A stretch of 64,000 nucleotides of DNA from a bacterium (GTDB lineage: Bacteria > UBA8248). A program made the position numbers and the translations under genes. Position 1 is the first letter of the stretch; each line of letters opens with the position of its first letter. The notes under the pieces are model-generated. The model saw nothing but the letters and a program-made list of their open reading frames with translations. It searched no databases and was not told the origin of the DNA. Positions 1 to 14,479 of this stretch are shown here, piece by piece. The DNA lies in NCBI GenBank assembly GCA_965213685.1, contig CBDBZY010000064.1, forward strand, positions 576,001-640,000, read 5' to 3'.

Positions 1-639
1 ATAGATGCATGTATGTATGTGTGCGCTGAAACTCTGTGTGACCTGCTGTGTGCTCATCCAACATCTGAGCCTGTGTTTCCACCTACTTTTCTAGTCTATT
101 GATTCCGTCTGCTGTGATCCACCCCCCAAACAGTGAGATAAGATTCCCCATAGCCTGTGAATGAAGGGATGAATACAATCTTGCTGCAAATTTCCCGCCA
201 AAACAAAGTGACAAAATGTAATGATGGCACACTAGTGGGTGGGTGGAGCCTATTCATAGGTGGCATGTAAACATTCAGTGAATACAGCATTTGATTGTGT
301 GCCTGTGTTGTAGCCATATATGGAGGCATTCCCACAACCTGATACCAGTGAATACATTACCCACAAACAGGACAAACCAGTCCAACTAACCTGTTTATTC
401 CAGACATATTGTGTAGGGATTGCATGTTCACTCTTTGTTGTGGCTACTCTCAATGTGGTGGTGTGTGGGAGTGCCCTGTGAAACACTGTGTCTTTGTGCA
501 TTCACCAGCTTCTCTTTGTGAGTATACCACTGGAGACCACTGCTATATGTTTCCTGTACATTGGGTGGAACCAACAGTTGTGGCACTACATACATGTACA
601 TGTACATGCTCCTTAACACTGAGTTAGAGTTACCCGGGG

Positions 640-870
640 AGAGACACCTCTTGAAAGATTCAGCCTGCCCAGCTGGACTGCCTTGGTGGCTCAGCTGGTA
701 GAGCATCTGCACGGTATGCAGGATGCCGTGGGTTTGAGTCCCACCTGAGGCAGCTCTTTTCTTCTTCGGAAAAAAAGAGTTGTCTTCAGGTGTAGTTGCC
801 TTGCAGTGCCTTGCCTTTGTGACTGATTCCACATGTACGTACATGTGCATGAATAAATCGAGAACCACAC
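640..870 (+). mobile_element. tRNA-derived SINE-like repeat (tRNA-like part 680-752)
   Basis: A-box TGGCTCAGCTGG, B-box-like GGTTTGAGTCC and acceptor stem GCCTTGG/CTGAGGC. The downstream body is shared with the copies at 37013-37200 and 40551-40780. Confidence 0.8.
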
Positions 871-1078
871 TCATGAACATGCATCGCATATGCTATGCCA
901 GCACAAGACAAGACGTGTGGCATCCTGTATAGTGCAGTGGTGCACACGAGAGCACTGCCCATTGCTCTTGCATGACTTCCCTCATACGCTATGTATGTAT
1001 ATCACATTTAATTACCAATCTTAGCTTTCTGAATGCTTCCAGATACGAAGCATACATACATTTATGATCACAATGGGT

Positions 1079-1747
<669 letters not shown>

Positions 1748-2270
1748 GGAGACCATTGATTGGTGAGTCAATGTATGTATATAGATGAAGCCAAAAGAAA
1801 GAGACTTGCTATGTTATGTAGATCATATGTACATCTATGGGTGTCTGAGTAGTGTACATTTATATTGGGAACACTGGACTCAATCACTCCTTATCCGCTT
1901 TCCAGCTATGTGATGGAACTTACGAGTTTGTACATGTATATTAGGAGCTGAATAATCCATAGGCTCACTAGATATGTCTACTTCCCCCCCCCCCCCCCCC
2001 CCCCCCCTCCACACACACACACACAAATACAGGCACCAACCAACCACAGCTACTAATTTCAGAGTGATTGTGTGTTCCTTCATCTCCTCAGTTCTTACAT
2101 GTTCCACTTGTACAGTCACTGAATATTCGCAGTGTTATATCATACCTTCGTTCTGGGAGGGCCTATTTATTATTCTCATCACACCTCCTACCTAAGACAC
2201 TTCACTATCATTTCAGCTACATGTACATGTATGTATGTGTGATTTTGTGTGTATGATGTATCACTCTTCA

Positions 2271-2439
<169 letters not shown>

Positions 2440-2749
2440 CAATTGATCCAAGTTTAGGGGTCTGCGTGTACAGCATCTGTGCTTATTCTAATTATGCGTG
2501 AGTAACAGTTCAACTTTTTGTAACTATTGTGCTGAACTTCAACATAGCTGGTACATATTATGTATTCTAGTAACACTTTTTAAAACAATCATAATGTACA
2601 TGGTGGACAATGCATTTTTCTTTACACTGCTGTACATAACTTACAGTTCAACTATTCCCTCTGTACGTGGCTAATGAAATGTTGGAGTGATTCAAAAGAG
2701 AAATAAAATTCAATGATGAGTTGTCAAAAATGTAGTGAGAAAAGAAGGA

Positions 2750-3560
2750 AAACTTCATCTTCTGCGCTCAATGTACTGCACCACGTCTTCCCATGCCAGA
2801 TTGTCTCTGCTCCTTGAGATGTTCTTCTCATGACTTGCTCTAATGCAGTCTGCAGGACAGAGTACCTCCAGCACTGTACACACATTTATAATTATGCTCT
2901 ATAACCTTCTGTGGATGCCTGATGAAATCCTCACTGTGGATATATCAATATCATATGTGCAAACTCTAGACACTTTCACCACTGTTTTAGCATACCAGAT
3001 CGATACAATAACTATTGATACTTCAATTCCACAAACATTCATTCCACTGTGCACTCTGTCTGACGGCCTTCATGTCATCTTCATGGGCAAACCGAGAGCA
3101 CTAGTTGCTCTCATGTATATGCAACATAAAACAATTGGCACTTCAACAACATGTTAACAACTGCTTTGGACCTGCTGAAATGTGATGTACCAGAATTAAT
3201 GCTGCAGAGAGATATTCTCTACTCTTGTCACTGATGACATTCAGCTGACGGAATGCTCCCTGCCAAGGTGTTGAGGTGTGAACTTACCTTTGTCTTCCTC
3301 ACTCCTCCACCCACTCATCTGGATGGCATTGTTGTAGCTATTACTGTAGATCTTGCTGAAGAGCACACTTCTGTCCTGCAGTGAGCTGGGTCTGTCCAGC
3401 AGAGTGCACTCCTCCAGAATCCTGTACTTGTGGTTACAGGGTTTGGGTGTGCACATCCATCATGCTGCCAACGTTAACGATGCTGTGACCACTTCCGGGG
3501 TAGCCAATGAAAAGGATTAAATTTTCTATGCTATCCATTTCAGATTTCTGGGAGATCTTG
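2750..3560 (-). pseudogene. Decayed sulfotransferase-like gene, copy A
   Basis: Minus-strand segments read LILFIGYPGSGHSIV..GSMMDVH (5'-PSB/P-loop-like G.PRSG motif), LFSKIYSNSY...GWRS, and YIHSEDFIRHPQKVIEH...VLEVLCPADCIRAS...SRSRD. They are interrupted by frameshifts and stops. Confidence 0.65.
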
Positions 3561-4605
3561 AAGTCGAAGGAGAACTCTAACTGTGACAAACCAAGCCTTT
3601 ACAATCACAACTAGATTTCACTCAGGCAAGCAGCAGAAGAGAGTTGGATCGTGCTCTGCCTAGATATTTGTAAAATTCCATAGCACAATGTTTCTGCCCA
3701 CGGCCTTCCTCAGGTGTACAATGGACAGACTGAGACTACTTAGCAATTTGTACAACAGTGCATACCAACAAAAGTGCACAGCAGGTACATGTATGCAGAT
3801 GACGTGCACGGTGACAAAGCTTATCAGTGAATGAATGGGTATATATGATCATCTATAAGGATTCAATCAATTTAATTTCAATGCTTAGGTTCATTCCCTT
3901 TTGTGTCCAGGGTGGAGACCCATCTGCTCTCCCTGATCTTTTGCATAATTCCTTGGAGGACGTTCCTGACATCTGTTCAGTGCCAGCTGCTGTGATCAAA
4001 CATGCAACTGCATATTTGTGGGTTAAAATGACCGTGAACTTCTTGCAGTTTGATTGACATGTAAAGAAGTATAGACACATGAGTTTAGGAGTGTGGCCCG
4101 TGGGCGCACGATTGGAAACGAATCACATGCTCGTATACCTTCCGCGGACTAGTCACGTGCACAAGTGTTGGAAAAAGGAGAAATCGAAATTGAGGTCGGA
4201 AGAAGTAGTGACACCCAAATCCTTACACTGGTCATTGACTACAATTTTAAATTCGTTCAGATGATAATTGTAATTGCCTTCTTTTTCTCAGGAGAAGCAT
4301 GATACTGGGCCCTGGCAGCAGCCTTTTTTTATTACAATGTTCTTGCTAGTGAACCCTAGCCTTATTTCTCAAGCGTTGTGCATTCTGAACATAGTACTCC
4401 TTATTGTACTCCCTTCTACTTGCACACGCTTGGTTCTCTATTGACAATTTACTTTGTTCATAGTACTTTTTGTTGTAAGCTTTCCTCTTTCGTTACAAAG
4501 AAGGCATTTCTGACACTATTTCGGAACCTCTTGTATACTTATGTAGGCTCTTGCTGATACTGTAACTTATCTTTCAGTTGATCCACAAGTAGAAGCGTGC
4601 AACCA

Positions 4606-5728
4606 CAAGTATGATTCCAGAAGTGTGTGGTAGTAGGCGCACAGCAGGATACTACTCGGCCGTATTGCTATATTTAAAGAAAACAAGTGACATTGCAGTG
4701 AGCACAGCCTAACACCAAAATCAGATGCTGCACCTTACCTCAAGTTAACGAAGGTCAGCACACACAAGGTAACAGGACGCGAGGACACTTCGCTGGTATT
4801 GCTGTATGTAATGAAATCAGTAAAAGCGTAGTCCGTCCCCCAGCCGTAGCCTATTACGTTGCTGGGAAACCTTGCATCTCCTTACCTCCAGTAACTCTTA
4901 GCGAGGAGAGTGAAGACAATTGAGAATGCTCCAGCACAATTACAACACAACAGCGGTTGAACCAGCTAAGTCGCCTCTTCGATATGAAACTTCTTAAACG
5001 CCCAGTCCCACTGAAGGCGAGCTCGGGATGCTGAAGAGCCGACACAATATGCAAAGACACAGTGGCTGACAACAGGACGGCGGATGCCTAAGTGATGCGT
5101 CAGTGAGAGACAGAGAGAGACAGAGAGAGAGAGAGGGGGGGGAAGCTAGCAGAACTATCGTCAGATCCACACGCAAACGAACACGATCCGAAAACTGCAG
5201 TGTGGTCACTATACTTTGCATCTTATACATTCCATGTACATGCGGGCGCACGCACCGACTCATACGTACGTACGGCCGGCCGCGGCGTTCAGGCACGTGA
5301 CATAATTGGAAAAATGGCTTCTAACTGTGGGGAAGTGTCTGGGGCTTCTAGTGTTTTCTGCGGACCAATTTCAGGAAAGATACAAGCGTTCTGTTAGTAA
5401 AAGGCACTTCGCATACAGGAGTGAAAGAGACTCGTGCGAAAACCACGACGATATCTTCAGCCAGTTCTGACGTAGGCCGTTTGAAAAAATCCCTTAAGAA
5501 GAAAATGATGGAGAAATCGACGATTCGACCGTTCTTTGTCAGTAAGTCCAGAGATGTGTTTTAGCTACTTTGGGGGTATCGTTGGGTAGAAAAACGCTGG
5601 ACTAAGATAGCTAGGGCCCCTGAAAGGTATAGAACGCGAGCGTTCGAGAGTTTAGAAGGGTTTTGTATGTACACGCACTATGGGCGTGTCGGCGCCATCC
5701 CTACATAGAGAGTCTACCGACTCTCTGA
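4606..5728 (+). mobile_element. Helentron/HINE-like non-autonomous element
   Basis: Starts CAAGTATGA and ends GCCATCCCTACAT-AGAGAGTC-TACC-GACTCTCT-GA (hairpin). The 3' ~440 bp is shared with 17480-17975 and 45655-46160. The 5' boundary is tentative. Confidence 0.55.
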
Positions 5729-5939
5729 TAAGGCCGCAGTATCAGAGTCAGAGGCAGCTCACGTGATAGCCAATTCCGAGAGTGGAGACTGCAAATTAGC
5801 CAATATAATGAACCGGTGCGCGGGCGGCGACGAGAAACTGACAATCTAGTTTGTGTGGCCTAGGAGAGTGAAAATAGCCATACATTAACAGTTACACTGT
5901 ATCGTTGGCATTTAATCAAGTCGGTTAATAAGGACGAAT

Positions 5940-7451
5940 ATGTGTAGCCACTATAGAATGTCTCCCAACAAGAAGAAGGTTCTCATCGGCTATACAGTCT
6001 GCCTGACGCTTGTTGTGCTCACTTTGTTGAGCGTAAAGCAAGAAATCCAGTCTCCTATCGCCAACAACAGTGTCACGGCTGTGTACACCAGGGAGAGGAC
6101 AAGCTCGCTAACTCAACACTAACGGCGAAGGAAAGAAATGGACACCACACGGGGAGAGAGACGGTCAAAGTCCCACAAACAGCGGAACAGCGTGGCTACT
6201 TGGTGGTTTTGAATTTTCCAGAACAGTTAACTGCAGCCACAGACGACCTAATCCAGTTGTACACGTTTAATCAAAAGTACTTGAAGTTGAGAATGATAGA
6301 GCCCTATGTACTAGGATCTCACCTGAAAACTGTACCTCCAGTATCTGAAGATTTCAGGTCTCTTCCACTGATTAGTACCTTCTTGAATAGGACTGCCATG
6401 CTTACTATTCTGAAGAGGTGTTTTCATTCAGACCATGTGGACTGGCATCCTTTCCCTGATTTCCTGATCAACGCTGCCAGACAGTTCGTTGTTGTGACAT
6501 TTGTTACAGCAAAAGCAACAATGTAAATGGGAATATTTCTACCTGTAGTTCCAATATGGAACATATTGAATATGTTTTCAATTATCACTTGAAGAAGGTG
6601 AGCAATAGAGCACTTTCCAAGCATGGAGTGAACTACACTTTCAGAGGTGTACATTCACTGTGTGTGAAAGCAAAACCTGGGGAACCTTTCTCCATGAAAG
6701 ATGTGGTACGGTTCATTAGAACATGGATGACCAACACTTCCCATGGAACTAAAGAACCTTTCTCTCCCCAATTTTCTGTTGTCATTCCAGAGTGGAGAGC
6801 TGTAGGGAACACAGAGAATCCCTTCTACTACTATGATCCTAGTTACGCAGGCAGGAATATGACAGGTTCGTGTCAATTACGGTCTCTAGCACACACCTCA
6901 TATGTTACCGAAGTTGCCAAAAGTATGTTCCAACGTTTTTCACTCTCTCGACCATTCATTGCTGTACATGTATGTTCTGAAAGAATCTCAGAACAAGAAC
7001 TGAAGCAGCACAGAACAGATTTTATCAATAGCTGTATCAGTAATTTTCAAAGATTCTTCAGGTTGTAATGAAAGTGCACAATATATCGCTGGAAAATGTT
7101 GTATTTGTTCATGATGGAAGTCAGCATGGTAGTGATTCAATGGGAAGTCAAAAAAGTCAAAAAAGGAGTGCATCCAATTACATTATATCAAGAATAAAGG
7201 CAATTGGGATTAAAAATGTACAATACAAATCACAAAATAGCCCTATTAACGTCAATTCAAGTGCTACAGAATCTGCACTTGTTCAGTTTGTTGAGAAGGA
7301 GTTTCTAGTGTCAGCTGATGTTCTTATTGCACTGGGCTATGGTGGGTTCCAGAACAGTCTCATCAGAAGATTCAAGGCAAAGAGCAGTGGTGGAAACAAT
7401 TGGTACAAACTCTGTTCTAATTTTGCAAAAAAAATGATCGTCTTCCAGTAA
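5940..7451 (+). pseudogene. Frameshifted copy of the O-fucosyltransferase-like gene
   Basis: Relative to 49151-50686: 10-bp deletion at ~6110, 1-bp deletions at ~6524 (giving ATG TAA) and ~7046, an extra A near 7430, and HVRSE->HVCSE at 6973-6975. Confidence 0.9.
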
Positions 7452-8040
7452 ACATTTCTTTCTAAATAAATGCTGAACACCAAAGAGTGTAGCAATATAA
7501 ATGTAATATGGCACTGCAAAATTTCATGGTTACTTTAACCATTTGATATGGTTACCTAAGTGCACATTTGCTCTCTGAACATGTGGCACTGAAGTGATAT
7601 AAACAATGTTCAAAATATGTGTAGTTCAAGAAATGTGGAGGATTGTAGGATAGAGTAAATTTAATCACTTTGTCCATTGAGCCTGGCCTAGCAGCGACGT
7701 CCCTATGGGCTGTTTACCTGTCACCATAGCAAACAACTCTGGTTATGCTATGGGGACACCCTACAAATTGCACACATGCTATCAGTTTCAAGGGTATAGG
7801 TGAAATACATGTAGGAACCCAATGTGGGAGTGACATGGTGTCATTTGGTTGTGGCATATGTATACAATACTCAATGACAGTGGAAGCTGTCCGGAGTGCT
7901 ATGAAATGTGAAGACCCCCCTCATCACCATTACCTTACGTTAGTGTTAGAAGTGATTACTGCAATTGCTGGGAGTGCATATGAGTGTTAGTGATGGTGAT
8001 GGATACTGTCTGGAATTGCTATGATCTTCCAAAGTGATGA

Positions 8041-8121
<81 letters not shown>

Positions 8122-8772
8122 GGGGAGAAATCCTTCATTGAGTTGATACATGTGACATATACAATGCAATGAGAGGAGGGTGACCAGTCATGTCATAGCT
8201 TAAAAGCTGCACATAAATAAACTGGACCCTTTCGCAAGTGTATACAATATAGGGAAAACACAAAGTACATGAAAGCAACTCTAAGCAAAGTACAATGAAT
8301 ACCGTATGTACCCAGTGTGAGACAGTTACGCAATGTAAAACATATAACTAACAAATAGACGATCACGAATGCATGCTGTATAAAATATTTTAAGTGGGAA
8401 AGAATGACTGATTCGTTGTACACCATACTTTTGAAAGAAGCAGCAACTGTCACTGGAGATTTGGATCAGCATTGATTGAAAGGTTGATGTGTAAAAGCAA
8501 TTGGCATAAAATTTCACCTTAGTGCAACCATCATATACACAGCGCACACAGCTAGACTTTAACAGGGGTATTTTGTGCGAAAGTAATTGGCATAAAGGTT
8601 TGCCTTGAGTAACACAAAGGCAGGTTTGGCATAAAATTTTTCCTTTATGTAAAAAGGCAACATTGGCATAAAATCTTCCCTTTGTACACAACAACAAAAA
8701 TTCCTATTTTAGACTGTGCTACTTTTGAACTGACCAATCACAATGCGTATCGCGTGGAAAATAAATCACTTA

Positions 8773-11674
8773 CACAGCCAAAAAAAATTGACATCGATTC
8801 GATGACGTAAACCCGTACAGTTCGAATCGAGGACGGAATGGGGCCCGTATCGAGCACGAAAGGCGCAATGACCTCGTACCGATGCCGTGGCTCAATGTCG
8901 ATTCGTGTCGAGGAAAAGGCATGGCTGAAGAGCGTTACATGTCGAATCGTGGTGCCTTCGTACGTGAACGAATCGATATCTAAGTAGTGTTCGATGTCGA
9001 ATCGAGAAGTCCGGTTGCTTAGCGACATTCAGCCCTGGTGACGGACGGAGATACCTGAAAGCAGCTGTACACAGCCAAAAAAATTTGACATCGATTCGAT
9101 GACGTAAACCCGTACAGTTCGAATCGAGGACGGAATGGGGCCCGTATCGAGCACGAAAGGCGCAATGACCTCGTACCGATGCCGTGGCTCGATGTCGATT
9201 CGTGTCGAGGAAGAGGCATGGCTGAAGAGCGTTACATGTCGAATCGTGGTGCCTTCGTACGTGAACGAATCGATATCGAAGTAGTGTTCGATGTCGAATC
9301 GAGAAGTCCGGTTGCTTTAATAGCGACATTCAGCCCTGGTGACGGACGGAGATACCTGAAAGCAGCTGTAACCGCTGCACCGCACTGCGGCGCAAGGGAT
9401 ATAATGCTCTGTAAGAGCTGCCAGAGCTTTGCGACCTCTAGCGAAGGTAACGGAAGCAAAAGAAGACCGGAATGCCATACTGGCTCTTGCGGCAAGAAAG
9501 CAGCTGCTTGGGAAATCTCCTATATCAACATTATGTAAGATACAGTGTTTTACACTGCGTGAGTTCTGCATACGAACGCTGTTTTACTGAATCCTTGCTT
9601 GTTCTTATCGTATAAACCCGGGAGTAGTGAGAGTAGACTAAATACGTGTGCAGCTAAGTCAGGAGCAAAGAGACGTGGTGGTCTCTGAGTGGACATTTTC
9701 ATCTGAGGCAGGAGGTGTTTGAGACTATTACGTTGGTCACTTAAAATGTGAGGTAATAACAACATGCAAGCATGTATGTCACGAGATTGCTATCTTGTTA
9801 CTTTTTACCATACAGCTGCACGACTGGAGTAACTTGAATTGGAGCTGATGAATACTACAAAGAATATGTAAGCTGCTATGAATGCACAACAAAATGGCAT
9901 TGTAAACAACCTTATCCACATTCGTTACAGAACTATTGTCTATTCGCGTTCACCTGAGCCCCGGAAGTAGCTGTGGTTTACTCGCTTACGCAAGTGCGCG
10001 TCGTTATTACAACTTCCCTCATATTTGCGGGTAACGGAATGCGCGGGCATCTGGGCGTGGTCTGAGCTGTGTATACGCGCGAGACTCCGAGTAGCTCTGC
10101 CTTCTACCCTTGCACTGCCTTTGCAGGAGGCTAGTACACACGAAAATCATTCCTGATCTTCATGGCCTGCGTTTCTTGGAACTTTTCTTCTGGAAGCGAG
10201 AACGCGAGCGTGCGTGAGGGGCGCGCGCACTCCGTTAGGTCACGTGGACTAAATTCCCTGTGGTCAGTGCTATATACATACTTTCTTTATGGGACATACA
10301 GCTAACATTTGACTGGTAAAGTTTCACGTTTAGTGAAGGATATCACCAGAGCGGGAAAGTTGCGAGGATTCCAATGGTGTTAGCGTTTTTTAAATGGGAT
10401 GTAAGGTAAACAAGTTATAGCAATTTTTCGAGGGCTCAGGTGAAGTCAAATAGACAATAGTACATGTTCTTGCTGATGGAGACAGAGACAAGGACAATTC
10501 ACATTCCTTTCAATACAGCTAGAAGTGTAATACTTTCACCAACAAACCAAAGATATACCTGCTTTTCCATTCAGTTGAGCAACTGTAACCTTCAACCCTG
10601 GAAGGTAAGTTCAGCACTTCAGTTTGCCCATAGTACTAATGAATATACAAAATATTAATTGCTGCTGTTCTTCCTTTGCAGATGTGAACTGCCATTCAAC
10701 TCATTGATCCACAGTCAAAGTACTTATGGCAACTGATGTGATTCTAGTAAGATAATAATGATACCAGTTATATACCACGTTATCTGACTTTCACCAATAA
10801 ACACATACAGATGCTGCTGCCATGGTGTACAGACCACCTGCAACTTAACACTGAAAGGTAAGCTCAATATACTTCAGTTTTCCTATAGCAATTATTTATA
10901 GAGTTTGGTGCTGTTCTTCTGTTGTAGGTGTGTCATTCAAGTCACTGACCCACAATCAAAAGTGTTTACAGCAACAGACATGCTTCTAGCAAGACATTGA
11001 TCACTCACAGTTTTGCCAATATCAATGGTATGTATTCAAGTGAAGATAGTTAGCAATAATTTATAGTTCCCCATTTTCCATTACTTCACAGGTGTAGAGA
11101 AGACCTCCACCGAAGTTATTCAACCTAAATTCTTTGCTCACAACTCTTTTACGCCTTCAAAGATGTTGGACAGATGGTTTTACTCACTGAATACCCAGTT
11201 TGACTGTCCCCTATACTGTTAGCGACCAATTCAAAAGAGACTGTTCCTTCCAGATGCGCAGTGTTTGAAGGTCATGGGGGTTGGACCGATATACATTCCA
11301 ACAGAAAAGCACTACAAGGAACACTTTCACTATATTATACATCTAGCGTCCCCTTTTTCCTGTGTATGCATCCTGTATTCTTCATCTTGCAGTACAAAGT
11401 TGACTCGAGACAAGCTTCATGCGAGCGGGGGGAGGGGGCGTATAAAACATACTAACCCGTACCGAGCTGTAGAGACACGCTCTCGAATCGATGCTCGAGA
11501 ACCATCGATACTGGATGTATACGATGTCGAAGGGGACTGTAGCGGGCCTCGATACAGGCTCGGAAGCAAATCTCGATTCGAAGGACTCGTCCTACTGAAC
11601 GTTCCGATACTGTAATTCCAGTACCGTATCGCGCACGTTTACGTCCTCGAATCGGGATCACATTTTTGGCTGTG
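8773..11674. mobile_element. Non-autonomous CAC...GTG DNA transposon (animal EnSpm/CACTA-like), TA TSD
   Basis: TIR CACAGCCAAAAA / TTTTTGGCTGTG flanked by TA. The empty site CACTTATTTCC is visible at 12921-12931. Subterminal regions are TCGA-rich and the left end is tandemly duplicated. Confidence 0.75.
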
Positions 11675-12276
11675 TATTTCCACCCCGCGTAAACTTATTT
11701 CCATCGCGGAAAAACTTATTTTCCAAGTGCGTGAATGTACATGATTGCCATTGGAAGTAGCCGGGGGGCGTGGTAACGACGCGTTGGAATACGCGGTATG
11801 GAAGAGAGGCGGGGCCTGGAAACGGGTGCAGCGACGGAGAGCTGGACGGTAGAGCATGGCGCAGGTAGTTTAGGCCGTACGTTGGGTCGTGACGGAGTCA
11901 ACAATATCCGCTCGTAATGCTGGCTTGCTGCCAGCATGAGCGCATCAATGTCGAGCTCTGCGTCGTCTGTTTCGTCGCAGAAGAAGGCTTTCATCTCTAC
12001 CGGCGACTGCACTAAACTTGAAATCTTGTTGCTACGGACGCTTGTTACTAAGCACACACTAAGCAATGTGTACGCACAGTCTAAACCGATTATACGGCTC
12101 GTCCAATGCGTCGTGCGCACAGTCTAAACCGGTTATACGGCTCGTCCAATGGAAATACGTGATTTAGAAACCCTCGGGCCCTGGGCTGTAGCGTCCTCGC
12201 TGCGCTCGGACGCTACAGCCCAAGGCCCTCGGGTTTCTAAATCACGTATTTCCATGGACTCGCCGTATAAGCTTAA

Positions 12277-12851
12277 GGCAGGACGACCCTAAGACATGAT
12301 TTTGCCTGATTTATGTTTTATTGTATTCTCCTAATGATGCCTGTTAGCGAAATAACGTAGTTTTGCGTGATATGTCGGTTCATGAAATTATATAATTTAC
12401 GCAATATGCATATCGCTAATTATAGAAAAAAAAATTTGCCAATAACGGCTAATGCTGCAGAGACGAAACTTCGGTGGATGATTACTAAGCATGTTGGCTA
12501 TCTAAGTTTGCTTTAAAAATCCGTGCTAAATCTTTCTTTCTAGACATATAATCGTTTTCTTCGTGCTGCAGAATTTAGAAAAACGGTAGCAAATTCTGCC
12601 GTAAAGTAGCAAGCCAAGCTTCGAGCAATCCATTGCGCATAAACTAGTTCACTCCCCTTTGGCGAGCATCCACCTCTTCACCGGTTGGCGCCACACAGCA
12701 CCGCACGTCCAACGGTAGCGGGAAATATGAATTTTTTCCCAGCGAATTTGCAACCGCGCCAAAGAATTGCTGTCGTTTTAGCGCTGGTAAATGTAGTGGG
12801 AAAGCGACGGTAGAGTAATTGACGAAGGACGCAATCATGACTCGCCCTCCC
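12277..12851. mobile_element. Kolobok-like non-autonomous element
   Basis: Flanked by TTAA (12273-76, 12852-55), with GG...CC termini and imperfect TIR GGCAGGACGA / TCGCCCTCCC. Confidence 0.6.
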
Positions 12852-14479
12852 TTAACCTATATTTAGACTGTGCTAATTTTGAACTGACCAATCACATTGC
12901 GTATCGCGTGGAAAATAAATCACTTATTTCCACCCCGCGTAAACTTATTTCCACCGCGGGAAAACTTATTTTCCAAGTGCGTGAATATACATGATTGCCA
13001 TTGGAAGTAGCCGGGGGGCGTGGTAACGACGCGTGGAATACGCGGTATGGAAGAGAGGCGGGGCCTGGAAACGGGTGCAGCGACGGAGGTAGAGCTCGGT
13101 GCGGGTAGGTTAGGCCCTACCTTGGGTGGCGACGGAGTCAACAATGTCCCTTCGTAATGCTGGCTTGCTGGCAGCATGAGCGCATCAATGTCGAGCTCTG
13201 CTTTGTCTGTTTCGTCGCAGAAGAAGGCTTTCATCTCTACCGGCGACTGCACTAAACTTGAAATCTTGTTGCTACGCACGCTTGTTACTAAGCAATGTGT
13301 ACGCACAGTCTAAACCGGTTATACGGCTCGTCCAATGGAAATACGTGATTCAGAAACCCTCGGGCCCTTAGTAGCGTCCGAGCGCAGCCCAGGGCCCTCG
13401 GGTTTTTAAATCACGTATTGCCATGGACTCGTCGTATACCCCTTTCGCTTTGAGTTCCCGCGATGGAACGAGCGAGCGACGTGACACGGTCTTTCTTAGA
13501 TGTCCGTTTACTTCCGGCCCTTCCGGTCGCCTGGCTACCTCCATGCCAACGGCATAGCCCGCAAGTCTCCTGGCAACCAATTCAAATCTCCGTATTCCTA
13601 CAGATCGAAGCCGCGCGGCCCATTTATGGCTACGTGCAGAGTCCAGACTTCACTCCAGCCATTTCTAGCCCTCCCTGACGCTTTATCACACTGCCTGCTA
13701 GGCTTCTTGCTTTTTTTTTACATAAGTATACAATAAGTATATAATAGCAGAGATGAAAGCTACATCAAAGCTCCGACCGCCACATCCAAGCGCCGAGGGG
13801 CCACTTCAAGGGGTGCGTGGGAGTTTTTGATCAGTTAATTGCCCGCATGCCGACATTACATCATCAAATGTTCCATATTTCTCCAGTTTTACGCTGTTTT
13901 AGAAAGTGCGCAAAAATGCGCACTTTTGAGAGCGAAAGGGATAAACTAGCCATAAAGTGAAAAGGCCAGACCATATGTCGGACTTCCATCTTTATCGCAA
14001 TGACCCGGCAGGCTGGATTAAAGAAAATCATTTAAACCTGACCTTGACCCCTTTTGATGTAATAGTATTAAACTTTCCGAGGAAGGATGGTGTTGAGACC
14101 TCGTTTCATAACGACCGAACAGTGAAAGCCATTTTTCCACCATGCCGTGTGCACGTGCCTTCAATGTTGATGTAGTACATGATCCCACTCACATTATTTT
14201 TCTACCAAGCTGGCTAGTGGACCCGCCAGATTTGTGAAACAGAAAATTGATTTTGGTCTGGCCTAGTCAGCACTTCTATTTTGTAAAAGATGATGTACAC
14301 ATGCACTTTTATGCATGGAGAAAGGAAATGTGGGCTGAACTATTAACAGTAGTGGTGAATTGTAGTTTTTTGCATAGGCCATCTCATTTAGTATCAATGG
14401 GATTTCTCACCAGTGTATTTAGCTTGTATATAGCCTTCTGCTAAAAGCAGGCAGGAGAATAGTGCATAATAAAAAAAAA

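Larger units (their letters stand above)
8703..13437. mobile_element. Head-to-tail dimer of a ~0.6 kb CpG-rich element with a terminal long hairpin, hosting nested insertions
   Basis: Unit 1 = 8703-8772 + 11675-12270; unit 2 = 12856-13437. Both start TTTAGACTGTGCTA.TTTTGAACTGACCAATCACA and end in a ~120-140 bp palindrome (TATACGGCTCGTCCAATGGAAATACGTGATT...AATCACGTATT.CCATGGACTCG.CGTATA). Confidence 0.75.

Noticed and set aside
8738-9571. Overlapping ORFs in the TCGA-rich region as a bacterial or horizontally transferred gene
   Set aside because: They derive from the duplicated CpG-rich transposon end and carry no recognisable protein motif.
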